A stretch of 64,000 nt of DNA from Podarcis bocagei (lineage: Eukaryota), in the NCBI GenBank assembly GCA_964188305.1, contig OZ076893.1, one strand, 5' to 3'. Positions within the stretch are counted from its first letter, which is position 1, and every line of letters begins with the position of its first letter. The notes below the pieces were generated by a model. That model was not told where the DNA came from. It searched no databases and worked only from the letters and a program-made list of their open reading frames with translations. Shown one piece after another: positions 35,855 through 50,100 of this stretch. Position numbers and translations under genes: made by a program.

Positions 35855-38800
35855 CTCTAGAACTCTACATCAGGCTAGAATAGATGGTAAACCAAGTTGG
35901 GGTGGCGATAGAAGAAAAATCTGAAGCCACTCTGAAGATTGAACCTGGGAGGAGGCAGTGGACAATCCAATGGTTAGCTGCACATTTCAGGTTCTACCAA
36001 GGTCCTCTAGGGCAGAGAAACATATAACGGTCAACAGATGTATCTCTATTCTTAGGGGAAACACACACGTTTTTTGGTAGTTGGAAAATAGGAATAAAGA
36101 GAAATTACATAGTTTTTATATTAGGTAGTGTGCAAGGTTAAAAATCAGTAGAAATCATAACTTTACCAGCAGTTGGAGAGGGTATGGCAAGAGCGGTTTT
36201 TATACTCTGACCAGATGCAGGCTTGATGGCTTCACCCTAGCCAACATTTTTCTTCCCCCGGCCTCTGTTCTGTTCACGGTCTAGCCTGATCAAGAGTTTT
36301 GGACAACTATAAAGCTCTATATTTTCCCTAGGACAGGACAAAGAGAGCCTTGAACCTGGAAGCATCTAAATACATATAAAGCATGTGTTACACCTGCTAT
36401 GGTTCTTTCCCACCAAGGTCTCCCCACCCTGGGGTGGCAGCGGCTAGAAACATCACAACTTGTGAATGGAGTAAAAAGAAGAGATGATCTCTCAAACTTT
36501 ATTCCAACTGTGGAATGAGAAAATGGTTGAGCTTTATTCCATCTGTAGAGGAAGAATATGGCTCTCTTTGCATAAAAGAAGAACAAGTTGATTTGCTTCC
36601 AACCTTATCTGCATGTGAACAAGGAATAGGTAGATTAGGAGACTTGTTTGGAGGGGTAATATAATCAAGACAGGAATGTTTAAGGTTCAACTGAGATAGA
36701 TTTGATTAGGGTTACAGGCATATAACCATTTCTGAAGAGTTCTGGGGGCAGACGTGAGGTGCGTGGACAAATATATATAGATTGTTAGAAGCATCAGTAT
36801 TTCCTCCTTATGAGGTTGTGTATAAAACATTTGAAATTTCTATTAGCTGGTTAATAACATCACCATTTTATCTGTCACAACTTTGTAAATAGCCCCACAG
36901 AGACGCTTTTAACTAGCTGGGAGTGGAGGGATAACACCCTGGTGCTCTTCCAGGAGCCCACTACATTTCAATAAAGGGCATGAAGAAGAGGGGTTCCATT
37001 TGGTGGCAGCCAGCCTGCTTGGTTTGTTTGTTGGGCACAAAAAAGGGATGCCAGCAGCTCACACACCATGCAGTTTGTTGTTGCCTGTGATTACCAGGCA
37101 AGTGCTTAAATACAAGACTGAACTATTTTGGTGCGGGATTCCTAATACAAAATATCACATCTTAATACCCTGTTAACCAAATGTACTATGACCCCTTGTA
37201 GTTATATCCATTTCTGATTTTGTAGAATTCTCATACAGGGAGAAAGTTTGTCATAAATTTATATCATAACAACATTCACACACCCTTGCCACACTTGGTT
37301 GAGCACACTTTTCCTTTAGGTTTGCTTTACTCTTTTAAGTCTTGGTGCAAATTTCATCATTCCTGTGGATTTTTGTGTATGGTTATAACTTGGACATTTG
37401 GGCTGCTTTTTGAAGGATTGGTTCAAGCACTGGCTAGCAAATGTGGTAAGTGATTTCACAGCACTTGATCTCAGATCCTTTCGCTGTTACCTTTCCCTGC
37501 ATAGTAACTACTTTCAAGTCTTGGCTTGGGCTTTTCTATTTTCATTTTCCAGATTGTTGTTGCTTGCTTTTTGCATTTGAGTCTGTTGTAAATTTTATAC
37601 ATTGCTGTGCATACTTTTCAGTGATCGGCTGGCTTCAGCACTGGTTTCCAGCCATGATAATGTGTATCAATCTTTTGAGTAAGCAGTTAGGGCAATTATG
37701 GAGTGAATGGGCATTATTTACCCAGGAATTGATTATATAGAATCATAATTGACTCTTATCATGTTGAGGAAGGTGGTGCATATTAATGATACAAAATAAA
37801 TGCTACCTTTCTGGATGAATGCTGAGTGTTAAGAGCATAATTGCTGTAGATGCCACGAACAGGGAACTGAATCTTATATTTCTTGTTAATGCTCTATAAA
37901 ACAAACTTCTCCCTGCATTTGTTTGTTCCTGGATGTTGGGATACCTTTCATGTGAGGAAAGGCTAAAGAACTTGGATCTTTGATTTTTTGGAAATTGATA
38001 ATTAAGGAAGGATGTGATTAGATAAGGGAAAGAAACTTTTCTTTCCCTCTCAGCTTGGAATCTCACTATGAAGTTTATTGGTAGTTAGTTCAAGACAGTC
38101 AAAACGAAGACTTTCACACAAGTCTTGTGAAGAGAAGCTTATTGTAATACTATGGTGTGGCAACAAATGTAAAGATTTTCTAGTCCTAGATTCAAAAATT
38201 TCCATTTGACTGCCAATGGGAGTGTTCACCTGTAATAAGCTTGCTGATTTAGAGATCTTTCCATTTAGGTTCTTGTTTGTTTGAGTTGAGTGGTAGTTGC
38301 ATGGTGATATTTGATTGTGATTCAGTTCTATGGTTTTGTCCGCATTTTCCAGCCTTATAAGCTATAGACAACATAGTTATCATTCATGCCACAGCTGTCT
38401 GTTCACTAGCAGCTGTTTGGTCTCCAGCATAGCTCAGCTGATTCCTTTTTGAAAGGCTTTGGACCTATCAAGCTTCAGTATCTGAACTGGTCATTAATAA
38501 GAGTAAGTAAGGTGTTCCAGGTACAGTATTATTGTTTATTAAACTTACTAGTCACTTTGCACAGGCATCACAAAGTGACTTAAAATACACAGTGCAACAT
38601 GTGAAAAACAAGAAAAGTAAAAGTGAAGCACCATATGTGGTAACCAAACCATAGGAACAATTCCATCATCCCCTAGCCTAGATCTGACTACAGTGGTTAG
38701 CCTCCAAAGGAAATTTATACACCACCAGCTGTTGCAAGGGGGGGGGATTAATACTCAGGTGTCTGGGAGAAAAGAAATGTATTTACCTGGTGCCAAAAAG

Positions 38801-41316
38801 ATGCTGGTGTTGAGCCTGCAGCCAGAATCTAGGCAGAATCAGCAACTAACTGCTTTTGCATTTCAAGTCTCATATTACAGACTGTATCAAGTGTTGTAAT
38901 ATTAATGTATGGTGAAAGTTGTGAACTTAGCTAGAATTGTAGTCAGTGACACAAACAAGCTTGTACATTGTCCAGATCCATTTGTTTCATCAGGCAGCAG
39001 TGTTGAGGCTGCACTACTACTTAAACTGGGTTTCAATGTATGTGCTTCATCATAGATGACGCCACTTTTTTCTATGTAAAGACAATCCCCCCCCCACACT
39101 TCTCTAATAACTTGGTGCTGTATTTAGCATAGTGATTCTTCTGTATGGAAACTGCTTTGGTTGCCCTGTATGATTACATCTTTCAGGAGAGAGACAAGGG
39201 AAATGTTTCTTGACCACCTGTGGCTTTTCAAGCTGCTGCAGTTGCATCGTTTGAAAAAGTTTTTTAAAAGCCTGAGCATAAGCATTTTGTTTAAAATCAG
39301 AAATGTAGCTGTTCCAAAATGAGACCAGGGAATGATTAAAATGATCTATTTCATTGGGTCTACTCTTAAGCATTTGGATCCAATCCATAAGACTGTGCTT
39401 GCACATGGTAATTTCCCAAGGCTTCGGCTTACGTCACAGTTTTCTTTACTTTTTAATGGCGGAGGTAAAGTATAAGTTCTTGTTTCTTAGCAGCAATTTA
39501 GTTGGCAGCAGATATTTCAGATGTGGTTAGCATGAATGTCAAAAGATAATTGATACTTTCTATAGCCATATTTCATACAGAAATATTATTTAGTACTTGG
39601 TTTGCACCAAAGAATATTTGTTGTATAATCCATATTGGGAAAAAGTGCTCCTGGGCAACTTAGCTGAGCTGTTAGTGTTTTGATGTTTAGGGTTTCATCA
39701 TATGTAGTGTTTCTTTCATAATGAAATGCGAAATTATGCTTAATGCTTCTGTTTTGCATGTCAGAAAACGAATGAAGCAGCCATGCATTAACAACCACAG
39801 CCCAGTGCAAAGCCTCCAGCTTACTGTTGTGACCTCTGCCCCTTTGTATCCTGTGACACTCAGCTTGTCTTTGTGCTCAAGTTTATTCCTGATGGATATG
39901 TTTCCCTCTCAATCACATATGTGGTGCTCTTGTAGAGAGAACAGATAAATTATTTTCAGCTGCAGCCCTGCCAAGCTTGAAAAATGAATGTTCGTCGTGT
40001 GCACAAGAGGAGCTTGTTTGAGCAGGGCCCTCTATAGCATGGCAAGGACAGAGAGAAATCTCAGTAGTCTTCTACAATGTGAAAAACATAGGCTTTCAGA
40101 TCCTTTTTAAATGCAGGAGAGGTAGGAAATTGCCAGATGATTTAGTTAATGAGTGACAAATGCAGGAAATGTACAAAAACTTTGTCCAATAATGAAAGTA
40201 ACAAGTTGTGTTTGGTGCTTTTTCAGGACCTTGGGATGTAGCTATTAGCCTTGCCTCTTGAATTGTCCCCTAGCTTAGTGTCAACTTTATACGACATTGT
40301 AATTGCTGTGAGATTTTGATGTTGGTTGGCAGCAATATAGCTTTTCCTGTCCCCACACTCCATTTTGTTCTGGTCATTTTGACATAACTGTTGCATATTT
40401 ATTGGAACAGTAGCTTGAAATAGATAGAAATAAGGTTTATTTCACTGCTCACTTTCTTCTTGAGAAATACTGCAATTGTAAAATACTTTGGAGTTTAAAC
40501 ATATGTATTCTGAATGTTTAACATTCCTGTGAAGGTTTTGAAAACAATCCCTGACACAGTTTTAATGTCTCCCTTGACCTCCTGGTAGCTTGTGTTACCA
40601 AAGCATTTTAATATTATAATCAATTTAGCATTGTTCTTTACTGATGAGCTTTCTGGCTCTATAGCCTAGTTTTAAAAGCTCACCACACTTTTCTACATTT
40701 CTCAGTGCACTGAAGTGTAAGGGCTTCTAACTTACTTAAAATGTTGATATTTCTAATTTGGCATTATTTTAACTTATTTTTTAAATTTAATTTAACTGTT
40801 TTGATTTTGGGGGATTGTTAAACTTTGGGTGGTATTCAGCTACCACATCCCAGCAGCACAAGTATTACCACTTGCACAACATGAGTCTTCTTTGTTCTTG
40901 CTCCATGCCGTCCCTCAGATCTGCTCTGAAGGGTTGGGGAAAACCCTAGAAAAAAAATTAAGTGTGTACAGAGGGAGAAGAGGGAGCAAAGTTCCATAGT
41001 GCAAGCAGAAATACATGTGTTGACAGAATTGCTTACTTAGCACTACATTTAATATGATCCCTAGTTTTTTCCTGGAGTCAAAAGATAATGATTAATAGTA
41101 TTTCCTGTTTAGAGCTGTGGGTTAAGGTTAATTGGCATTGGGGTACCAGGTTTTTGGGGCCTGTGGGTACATCTGTGCACACAATCTTCCATTGGCTGCA
41201 GTGGAATGCTTCTTTCAAACATAATTTCAGTGAGTGGAGGGGCAGCTATGAGTACCAGGGGCAGCTTCTTTGGGCACATGAACAGCTGTAGGTGCGACAT
41301 TGGCAACCCCTTACAA

Positions 41317-41453
41317 CAGGTATAGGCAAACTCCAGCCCTCCAGATACCTGGGACTACAGTTCCCATCATCCCTGACCACGGGTCCTGTTAGCTAGGGAT
41401 GATGGGAATTGTAGTCCCAAAACAGCTGGAGGGCTAGAGTTTGCCTATGCCTG
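41317..41453. mobile_element. Complete hairpin hAT-type MITE, 137 bp
   Basis: TIRs CAGGTATAGGCAAACTC/GAGTTTGCCTATGCCTG; perfect 8-bp TSD CCTTACAA. Confidence 0.93.
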
Positions 41454-42077
41454 CCTTACAAGAATATGGTGTATGTGTAATACAGTCTCATAAATAGCCA
41501 CTTGTCTGTCAAGCTTTGTCTAGTAAGAGTTGCCTTCAGGTGACTTAACAAGTTCCCATTCTCCTTCATATCAGGCTTTCTGTCGTCCTGCAAAGGGACA
41601 CATTCTGGGGTTTTCACACTGGGGTTTACTTGGCTTAGTAGACCATCAAGCGTCCTATTGTGTTCTCAAGCAATCTGTGCATTTGGCAATGCTCTATCCC
41701 ATTGAGAGAAATAGAATATAGTGCCTACAAGCTGCCAGAATGCCATTCTAAGGGGGAAGCAGAAAGGGGAAGATACTTGGGAAATCTAGGGCACATGTAT
41801 ATATGGTACTTATTTTCTTATATTATTATTCTACCTTTATGCCATCGTGGAACCCAAGGTGGTGTAAATGTGGTTCCCAAACTGACTCCCACCCAGCTCA
41901 CCTGACCAGACATAGACCTCCTTAGCTCCAGCAAAACAGTGCCTCATGGTACCTTAAATTGAGCCCAGAAACAAAGTGGGGACCAGTGCAAATAGAAAAC
42001 AATGGGAGTAATGTGTGACTAATGCCTAACCTTATGTGACCTAGAAGGGTGTGTTTGTGTTTGTGTGTGTTACTTCA

Positions 42078-42210
42078 AGAGGCAAGGCCTACTCAGTGGT
42101 GATAACCCAGCCAGGGAATTCCCTCCCTGTTGAGATTTGACTGTCACTCCCATTATCTTTATTCAGGCAGCTGCTTAAGACCTATTTGTTCTGGCAGGCC
42201 TTTGGAGCAT
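42078..42210 (+). mobile_element. L2 LINE ORF2 C-terminal remnant
   Basis: Degenerate reading ...KAYSVVITQPGNSLPVEI*LSLPLSLFRQLLKTYLFWQAF fits the L2 ORF2 end motif (WNSLP...LKTxLF). Confidence 0.65.
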
Positions 42211-42304
42211 AATGGGAGTGGCATTGTTTGTTTAAATTAATGCTGATTGTTACATGATTTTGTACATTTATTTTGTTTTGTACCCAGTGCTCTTGTGAGA
42301 AGTA

Positions 42305-42870
42305 TTGTTGACACCTGTCTTGAGAGACAATAGTGCACCTCTGGGGGTGAAGTCACACCACTGCTTTAGGAGCACCGAAGTGACCTCCTTCTAGTGCAAG
42401 CCTGAACAGTGTGCATGGAGTTCCTGGGCTGCCCAGACAACAACAAAACCCCTCTCAGCTTTTCCAAAGGAAAGCAGAGCAATACATTTGGCACCAGCTT
42501 GGCTGCAGAAGTTGCCAGAAGGAGGTGTACAAGGCACCATCCAAGCATCATAGGGACTCCACTCCAAATTTGTATAGGGTTTTCCCCTTAGCCTTTTATT
42601 CTCCCGAAGATATCCCGCAATGTAGTGGATGTTTTCTCCTCCTAGATGGGTTACTTTCCCAGGTTGATGAGCCCCAGCTGCCCCTAACTTCCCTCTACAG
42701 CATGTGCACAAACTGCCTTTTTGACAGTTGGAACAGCTATTGGCCTTGTCCGCTCAATCTGCTGGAGACTGTCTTCTCATGCAAGGGAAGTCCCTAACTC
42801 ACCAAGGGTTTAAAACCCATCGACTACCCTCACTTGGTTTAGCTGGCCAGTCAAAGCTCTTTCCTCCAGC
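42305..42870 (-). mobile_element. RTE-related non-autonomous retroelement
   Basis: Contains 'ttttctcctcctagatgggttactttcccaggttgatgagcccc', resembling an RTE-clade 5' region motif; 3' end shared with 33855-34040. Family assignment from memory. Confidence 0.5.
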
Positions 42871-44559
42871 AACCCCAGCCAACAACTGTGTGGCAGAATA
42901 TCATATTTTAGGGTCAGACTCCCCATCTTTTGGAGATGAAGCCAGTGATTTAGAGGCCCAGAAGCATTTGCACCAGAGGATCCTGCTGTGCCAATGCTTC
43001 TCCAGCCTGAGAAGATTGTTTTGTCTTGTGACTTCAGCTCAGTAACCCTAGTGCAGTCTTCCCCAACCTAGTGACCTCCAGCTGCTTTGAGCTACAGCTT
43101 CCATCATGCTGCTTGGGGGCAGCGTTAGAAACTCAGATATATAAGCAAGGCACCAAATGGAACCTTAAAGCCAAGTTACAGTTGCCAAAACAGAATGACT
43201 AATTGCCATTTTTTGGCAAGACAGCTCTAAAGTTTTAGTTTTCAAATGATGATTGATTATCAGTTAAATACCAGACTACGTCAGATAACAACCTTAAGCT
43301 AGGTTAAGAACTTTGAGAACTTAAAGAAGAAAAGTCATTTGACCCAGGGACAGTCCACATATATATTGGCCTATTCCTACCTCTTCTTCCTATTGGTGAC
43401 ACAGATCATTCATCGTGTGAGAATATTTTTCACAACTGTGAACAGGGCAGTGACATGGGGTATGTGAAGACAAGCTACAACAGTTAACTATAACATTGTT
43501 CACCGCTCCTTCTCAGGTTGCACAGAAAACACATTTTAGTTCCTGAAATTCATTCCGATATCAGGTGCTATCTTCACTTGGTCGCAAGTGGCTGATAGCC
43601 AGTCGCCAAATGCATTTGGTGCCTGGCTATTTTCAAACACTTCCTGGAGACCTTGGCTCAACCTACTCTACCTTGTCTTTCCTCACTTCACTCTGCCCAA
43701 AGCTGAATTGTTACCTTGGGTCACAGACCTCATACTGTTGAGGCCATCACTCAAAGCAGAACACAAAGATATCAGGACCAGGCTGATGTGAATTCTGCAG
43801 CAACTGTCTACAGTTGTGAAACACGTATGGAGGGCATGTGAAAGAGGCAGGGGAAGCTAAGGTGGAAAGTGGAATGGAGATCCCTTACAATCTTATTTAC
43901 AAGGCTGATGCAATGCTTGCTTACAAAGGGATATTATCAAAAAGTTAGGTACCTTGTTTTAGATCTTGAAAACTGTAGGCACCTTGTGGAATGGGGATCA
44001 GTGCTGAGGGCAAGAATATTTTCCACCATGTTCTCTTCTGTGTGGGGGAAATAATCCATTTCCCTGCATGCTTTTTCATAAATTAATAACATTATACATA
44101 CGTTACAAGTTAAACTGTGCAGTTCCAAAGTTGTGCTCAACCTTTTCCCAGCGACAGTTCTTAAGTTTGGGAGGTGGGAGGTGGGTGAGAGAGAATAATT
44201 TCACACTGAAGAGTGAGTGGCAATTTCTAAAATAAATAAAATTGTTATTTCACTTGCTCACCTCTTTTGGCACACCAAGATTAAGGTTACAGTTTTCAGT
44301 GCCTTCATTTCTTGCCATTAAAATTTAAGCTATTTAAGGAAAGTGTGCTATTGAGTTGTCATTGTTTACAAGCATTGAAAAGGATTTCTAATACTGTAAA
44401 TGCTTTGCATTTGTTGGAATAGAACATTCAAACTAAATTAAAAGTTGTTTTATCCCCCCCCCATTGGAAAAAGTTTTGTGATACTTGTATACCACTTATA
44501 CTGCAAGTGGGCTAGGCTACTGTAATGTGCTGTATGTGGAGCTACCTTTTTGCCTGGTT

Positions 44560-44909
44560 TGTGCAAAATGCCGGATCGCCCACAAGCAAGCACGCTCACG
44601 GGAGTGTGCACCCCTGTGCACATGCGCTCCCGCCCACCACACTTTCCCCACTGGCTTTTGGACCCATGGTGGCGGGGGGGGGAGCCATTGCTGCTCACTT
44701 GGTCAGTCCCCGCGTGGAGTTAAACCGGCGCACCGTGCTGGTTGCTCTGCATGGGGACTGACTTCCAGGACGCAACCACGGCTTCCTATTGGCTGCAGGA
44801 GCTAAACTGGTGCTCCGCGACTGACCGAGTGGGTGGCAAGGGCCGGGGGCCAGTTTAATGACCCCCTCGGGCCGTATCCGGCCCGCGGACTGTAGTTTGA
44901 CAACCCCTG
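44560..44909. mobile_element. One-ended hAT/Charlie-like fragment
   Basis: Ends in ggccgtatccggcccgcggactgtagtttgacaacccctg (CAGGGG..CAAACT-type TIR); GC-rich interior; left end not identifiable. Confidence 0.7.
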
Positions 44910-47512
44910 ATGTAGTTGCTAGGGTGCTTATTACACTAGTGTTCAAAGATCTGCACCGGCTGCCTGTTAACCACTGAGCCAGGTTCAAGAAATCAATAAT
45001 TAGTGAGAGTTAACTCTGAAACTATAGTAAAGTTACAAAATAAATAGTTTCTGCATTTTTATGTATTCAGGTATTTGAGAGAAGCTATTTGCTAACATGC
45101 TAGGTATGTTAAGTGCAAGTTTTTACAGACATATATCATTTTAACTGATTTTCATAGTTATAAGGAAATGATGAATTTTGAAAATGTCAGTACGGAAATT
45201 TCACCAGCTGTTATATAGACAAGATGGACTAGTGGCTTTTTAAAAAACAACAACAACCTCTTTTCTGTCTTTTTCAGAAAAATAAATGGATAATCCTCCG
45301 TTTTAGTTAGCTAAAGAATAAGTTGATTCGTAGCACTTTTTTTTTTTAGAAAGTTAAAAAGGGTTAGAAGTTTGCTGCTTAAGATGCGTTGCTGTTAACA
45401 GTCTACACATTGTACAAGTTATAACAATATTTTTTAAATAGTATGTATCTCTTCAGCGCACTAAGGTTAACAAACAAACAGGCTATTGCAGACAATTCCA
45501 TGGAGCTCAAGCTGAATGCTGTTTAAGAATGTGCCAGGTTGTCTTGTATAAGGGCCACAATTCTGGATCTACTTAAATCAACTTTAGCTAAGTGAAAACA
45601 CTTGTGTTTTATCCCCCGCCCCTTTCAGCAAATAGTGTAGAAGATAGGCCTTTAAATATTATGTATCCGAGAGTCTTGGACCAGTCAGTTCTCCCAGATG
45701 TTTAAGCATCTGTGTAAACCCATTATCTCGTTCAATTTTGTGTTCACTGTTTAAAACCAGAGTAACACAAGACTGGGGGTTACTTTTGCCGTTAAAAATA
45801 TGCAGTTGTCTTTACATGGGAAGACAATGATATAAATCTTTTTCACTTTTATTTCAGGCAGTCTGAACATACATATGTACATAGTATTAATTTTTTGCAG
45901 CCAGATTTTAAGGGGGAAAAATAGTTGTAAATAGAATACACACTTCCATCATGCTTAAATGGTAAGCATGAGCTCTCAGATACTTCAAAGTGCAAAAAAT
46001 CACATTTTCTTATCTAAACTTTAAGCCTCCTTTGGGATGTTTGAATTTGGTATAGATCCATGCAATTTCGTACTCACTATTTTTCCTCTGTGTGTAGTGT
46101 TTACTTCAGGTGGCCACTTAAATATTTTATTTGTTTAGAACATTTACACTTCACATACTAATTGAAGTTATTGCAGTGGCTTACAAGATATCTGAATACA
46201 GTAAAACAAGTGAGTTATTAGGGATGGGCAAAGATGTACACACGTCCTCAAGGTCAAACTACATATGATATTGATCAGGGTGGTTCCCCTCAAGTGCAGG
46301 GTTTTTCTTGCAGAAGTGGCCAGCTGTCTGGATTTGAACCTGGGTGTGAGAGTTGGGTGGCTTTAGGCCTTTGTACCTTGTTGTGAACCCTATCTAGATC
46401 ATCTCCCCATCACTCTTGGCTCTTGGTGTTTCTGCAGTAAAAATTATGTTTAGACGTGCAAGCAACATGATTAACATCATGTGTAGGTTGGCTCTCAGAT
46501 GTTCCAGCTGATACTCTGCTTCCCATGACTGTTTATTACAATTTTTTTATATCCGTCCTTTCAGGGTACAAATCCTTCCAATCCCCTTTACATGTAACAT
46601 TAAATTGCATTGAAAAAATCCACAATAAACAATACTGTAATAGCTTCTTTCCCACAGGACAGTTGGTGGTAGAAAGATGTGTGAATGTCTACTCAAGTGT
46701 CCCACAGGGTCCAGCAGGGCTTTCTCCCAGGAAGCTAAGTAGAGAATTGCAGCCACAATGTCAGGGGTAGGTCGGGGAGAAATTGGTCTTGTGGATCAGC
46801 AAGATACTAGTCTGTAACAGAGTGGGACATCTTCACCCAGGCTACTACTTCTGCTATGTCTTGCGGTTTCTGGCTCCAGATGGAAGAGACACTGGAAGCA
46901 AAGGTGTTGACAAGTTTCCCCCAGATGTTACAAACACTTATTACCACACATGCTTCAGCATTGTACATAGACCTGTATAGACAGCCCCCATTATGCTTTT
47001 TTCTTGCCTTAAAGGTATTGGGGGGCAGTGGCATATATACATGTGCAAATGCAAATGTGCAAATATATACATGTGCAAATGCACACGGCTGGATAGCTGG
47101 GGCCAGTAACAATTCCCAGAAGAATTTTACTGAAATTTTATTGAAGTTACTCTTAAACTTATTAAATAATTAGATTATCACATACATAAATTCTGGTCTC
47201 TTCACATTTTCAAACTTCCACTTCTCCTGTTACTGATAGTTTTTCTTATTTGTGTATGCACTATGACCTGATTCTGTTTCTGAGCCCAATTTAAAGTTCA
47301 AGTTAAAGCTCTAAACAGCTTGGGACCCAGAGAATCTTTGAAATTACTCTCCCAAAGATTACCCAAACCTCTTTGGAAGCCTGCTGTGGGTGCTGCTGCT
47401 GAATAAAGTGAGACAGGTAACTTAACTACCTGGGAGAACCTTCCCAGAGAGGCTTGTCTCATACCAGCTTTGTGATCTTTCTGTTCACCCAGGCCTGTTA
47501 AATAGTTTAGGT

Positions 47513-47645
47513 CAGGGTAGCCAACATGGTGCCCTGTAGATGTTGTTCAACTACAACCCTAATCAGACCCAGGCAGTGTGGACAATGGTCAGGGTTGGTA
47601 GGAATTGCAGTCAACACATCTGGAGAGCACCACATTGCTTACTCC
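47513..47645. mobile_element. Degenerate hairpin hAT-type MITE
   Basis: agatgttgttcaactacaaccc...ggaattgcagtcaacacatct; same family as 41317. Confidence 0.6.
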
Positions 47646-48131
47646 AATTTAGGTAATCTTGGACCCCATATTTTAAATTTGATTTTAATTTTAATTTTGG
47701 GGGTTCGGCAAGATATGGGTTCTTGTATTTACGCAGCCTTCTACCACTTTTAATATTTTTAAAAACATGTATTTTGTAAGCTGTCTAGAGAATGGTATGC
47801 TAGGGGGTATAGTAAATAAATTCTTTAGTTTCTTGATCCATGTTCTCATACTTATCAGTTGAGCTCCGCATTTGTTTAGACTCTGTTCAGTATGCAGTTC
47901 CAGAGGTTAGCTTTCAGAGAGAGATGAAAGTCAGGAGGCAATACTTGGCTCTTATTTGCAAGACTTTAAAGAAAATCTACAAGCCATGATGTATAAACTT
48001 AAAGAGGACAAAGATAAAGGAAAAAATATTCATTATTGGATTCAAACACTGCATGTTGATTCTTTGTGATTCTATATATTGAACTGTCTGGCTGGACTGA
48101 GAACTGGGGATAAAGCATAAGGTTGGGTCTT

Positions 48132-48383
48132 GCCAGTGTGGTGTAGTGGTTAAGAGCGGTAGTCTCGTAATCTGGTGAACCGGGTTCGCTTCCCCGCTCC
48201 TCCACATGCATCTTCTGGATGACCTTGGGCCAGTCACACTTCTCTGAAGTCTCTCAGCCCCACTCACCTCACAGAGTGTTTTTTTGTGGGGGAGGAAGGG
48301 AAAGGAGAATGTTAGCTGCTTTGAGACTCCTGAAGGGGAGTGATAAAGCGGGATATCAAATCCAAACTTTTCTTCTTCTCTTC
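48132..48383 (+). mobile_element. Squam3-like tRNA/CORE SINE
   Basis: A box tggtgtagtgg, B-box-like ggttcgcttcc, (CTT)n-like tail; matches 24876-25113. Confidence 0.85.
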
Positions 48384-49411
48384 CTGAATAGTTGCTGAAT
48401 GGCTTTGCTCAGTATCACCACACAGCCTATAGAGAATGTTATTCATAGGTCATAGGTTTGAAGAGTATTGTACGTAAATATACAAACAATGCCCAACTCG
48501 ATAATGCTGATTACACTGGAAATCCCACCCCAGGAGTGCCACTAGATCCTGCATTTGCTTTTCTTATAGAAAACAATGTATGCTTACCTCGTTCCAAAAT
48601 CTTTTGTTGTCATCTGTTAGCTTTTAAACTGGTGATGGTTTTGTAATATCTGATTATAGATTGTGCTGGATTGTATTTGTTTGGTTTTCATAATTTGTTA
48701 CCTATTTTTGACCTGTGTTTTAAAGAGATGTAGGTAAGAAATATCAAGTTTAGGTTAGTATTTCCAGCAGATACAAGTCAACAACCTCTGAAAGCTCTCA
48801 AGTGGGTTTTGAAGACAACAGTCATCTCCTGTTCTTAATCACTCTCCTCTAGAGGTTCCACTTTGCTTATAGGTCTATCACTTTCTGTTATCCACAAATC
48901 TGTCTTTTTAAAGCCATCTAAGCTGTGCTTCTGAATACCATAAAACTCAGCATTTATATAGCACTTTGAATGTTATAAAGTGCTTCATAAACATTATTCA
49001 GTAATCCTTGCAGTATCTCTGTAAGAGAGGTCACTATAACTATACAAGTGAGACATGTAATAAAATGTTGCTTTGTATTCCCACCCTAGGAAAACTCTTG
49101 CTCTAGTCAGGCTGGAGCCCTTTGGTGCTGTTCAGGGCTTTTGGGGTGGAGGTGGGGAAAGGGAAAAGGACCCACACTTCTAGGCCTTCCCCAGCTGTCC
49201 TTTGTAATGCTTGATAGCTCAGGTTTGGGGCTAACTGCCAGTCCCAAACCTGAGCATTCACCCTCTCCCTCCCTCCTCCATTTCCCTAGAAGCTAGAGGT
49301 CCACTTCCTTCCTTTATCTGAGATCCCAGGAGAACCGCCAAGCAGTCTGCTCAGTCTTCCTCTTTCACATCAGTGTCCAAACGAGCATCTGGAATGACAT
49401 TTATTTCCAGT

Positions 49412-50100
49412 TGGGCTGGGCAATGTTTGCTTTCCAACATCGTAATATATCACCAGCTAAACCTCGCTGATATAGTATGATGTCAGAAAGAAGGAAAGAA
49501 GGTGGGGAGGAAGAAAGCAGTTGCTGGCCATACAGATAATCGGCTTCACCCTGCACAGCTTCTGCCGCTTCCTGGTGAGGCCAGGTGGGCGGCGCTACCC
49601 TAGGCAGAGTGCATCAGCTGGGGCACCACATGGCATGGCACGGCACCTCATGCAAACGTGGAGCCCCGGAGCACTGCCAGCATCCCCAGAGCTGCCAGTC
49701 ACAGCTCACCCTGTCAATAGCCTCTTGCTGCGCAAGCTGCGGCTCCTGGGAGCCACCATTCTGCTCAGCAGTGGGGGCACTAACAAAACATGTTCTGCTC
49801 AGGCTCTGTTCTGCTCAGCGAGCAGTGCAAGAAGGAAGGGAGGAGGCAGCCCACCAGCTCTCATGTCGCCAGAAAAATAAGTGAAGACGCTGGCTGTAAG
49901 GCAGGCAAGCCCCATTCGCATCTCAGCCTACCGAGGTTGGTGGCTGGGCTGCGGAGGAAGGGAGTGGGTGAGCAACAGGTGGCCTGAGTGAAGTGTCAGG
50001 AGTGAGCGGGAATTCGTGATTGCCTTCTCCAGAATTCTGAAATCTCTCACAATTTCAACTTTAAACTGGTTTCAGGCAATATTTATATCCCCCGGCTTTA
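49412..50100. mobile_element. Degenerate hAT-like element with GC-rich interior
   Basis: Left end tgggctgggcaat...caacatcgtaatatatcaccagctaaac also occurs at ~57217-57310. Possible right end atatcccccggcttta. Confidence 0.5.

Noticed and set aside
41317-41453. pre-miRNA-like hairpins (also 26668 and 61932)
   Set aside because: Explained by multi-copy MITE inverted repeats with TSDs; no small-RNA evidence available.
43760-44060. Purine-rich stretch resembling a processed pseudogene or LINE fragment
   Set aside because: Manual translation gave nothing recognisable; it needs a BLASTX search.
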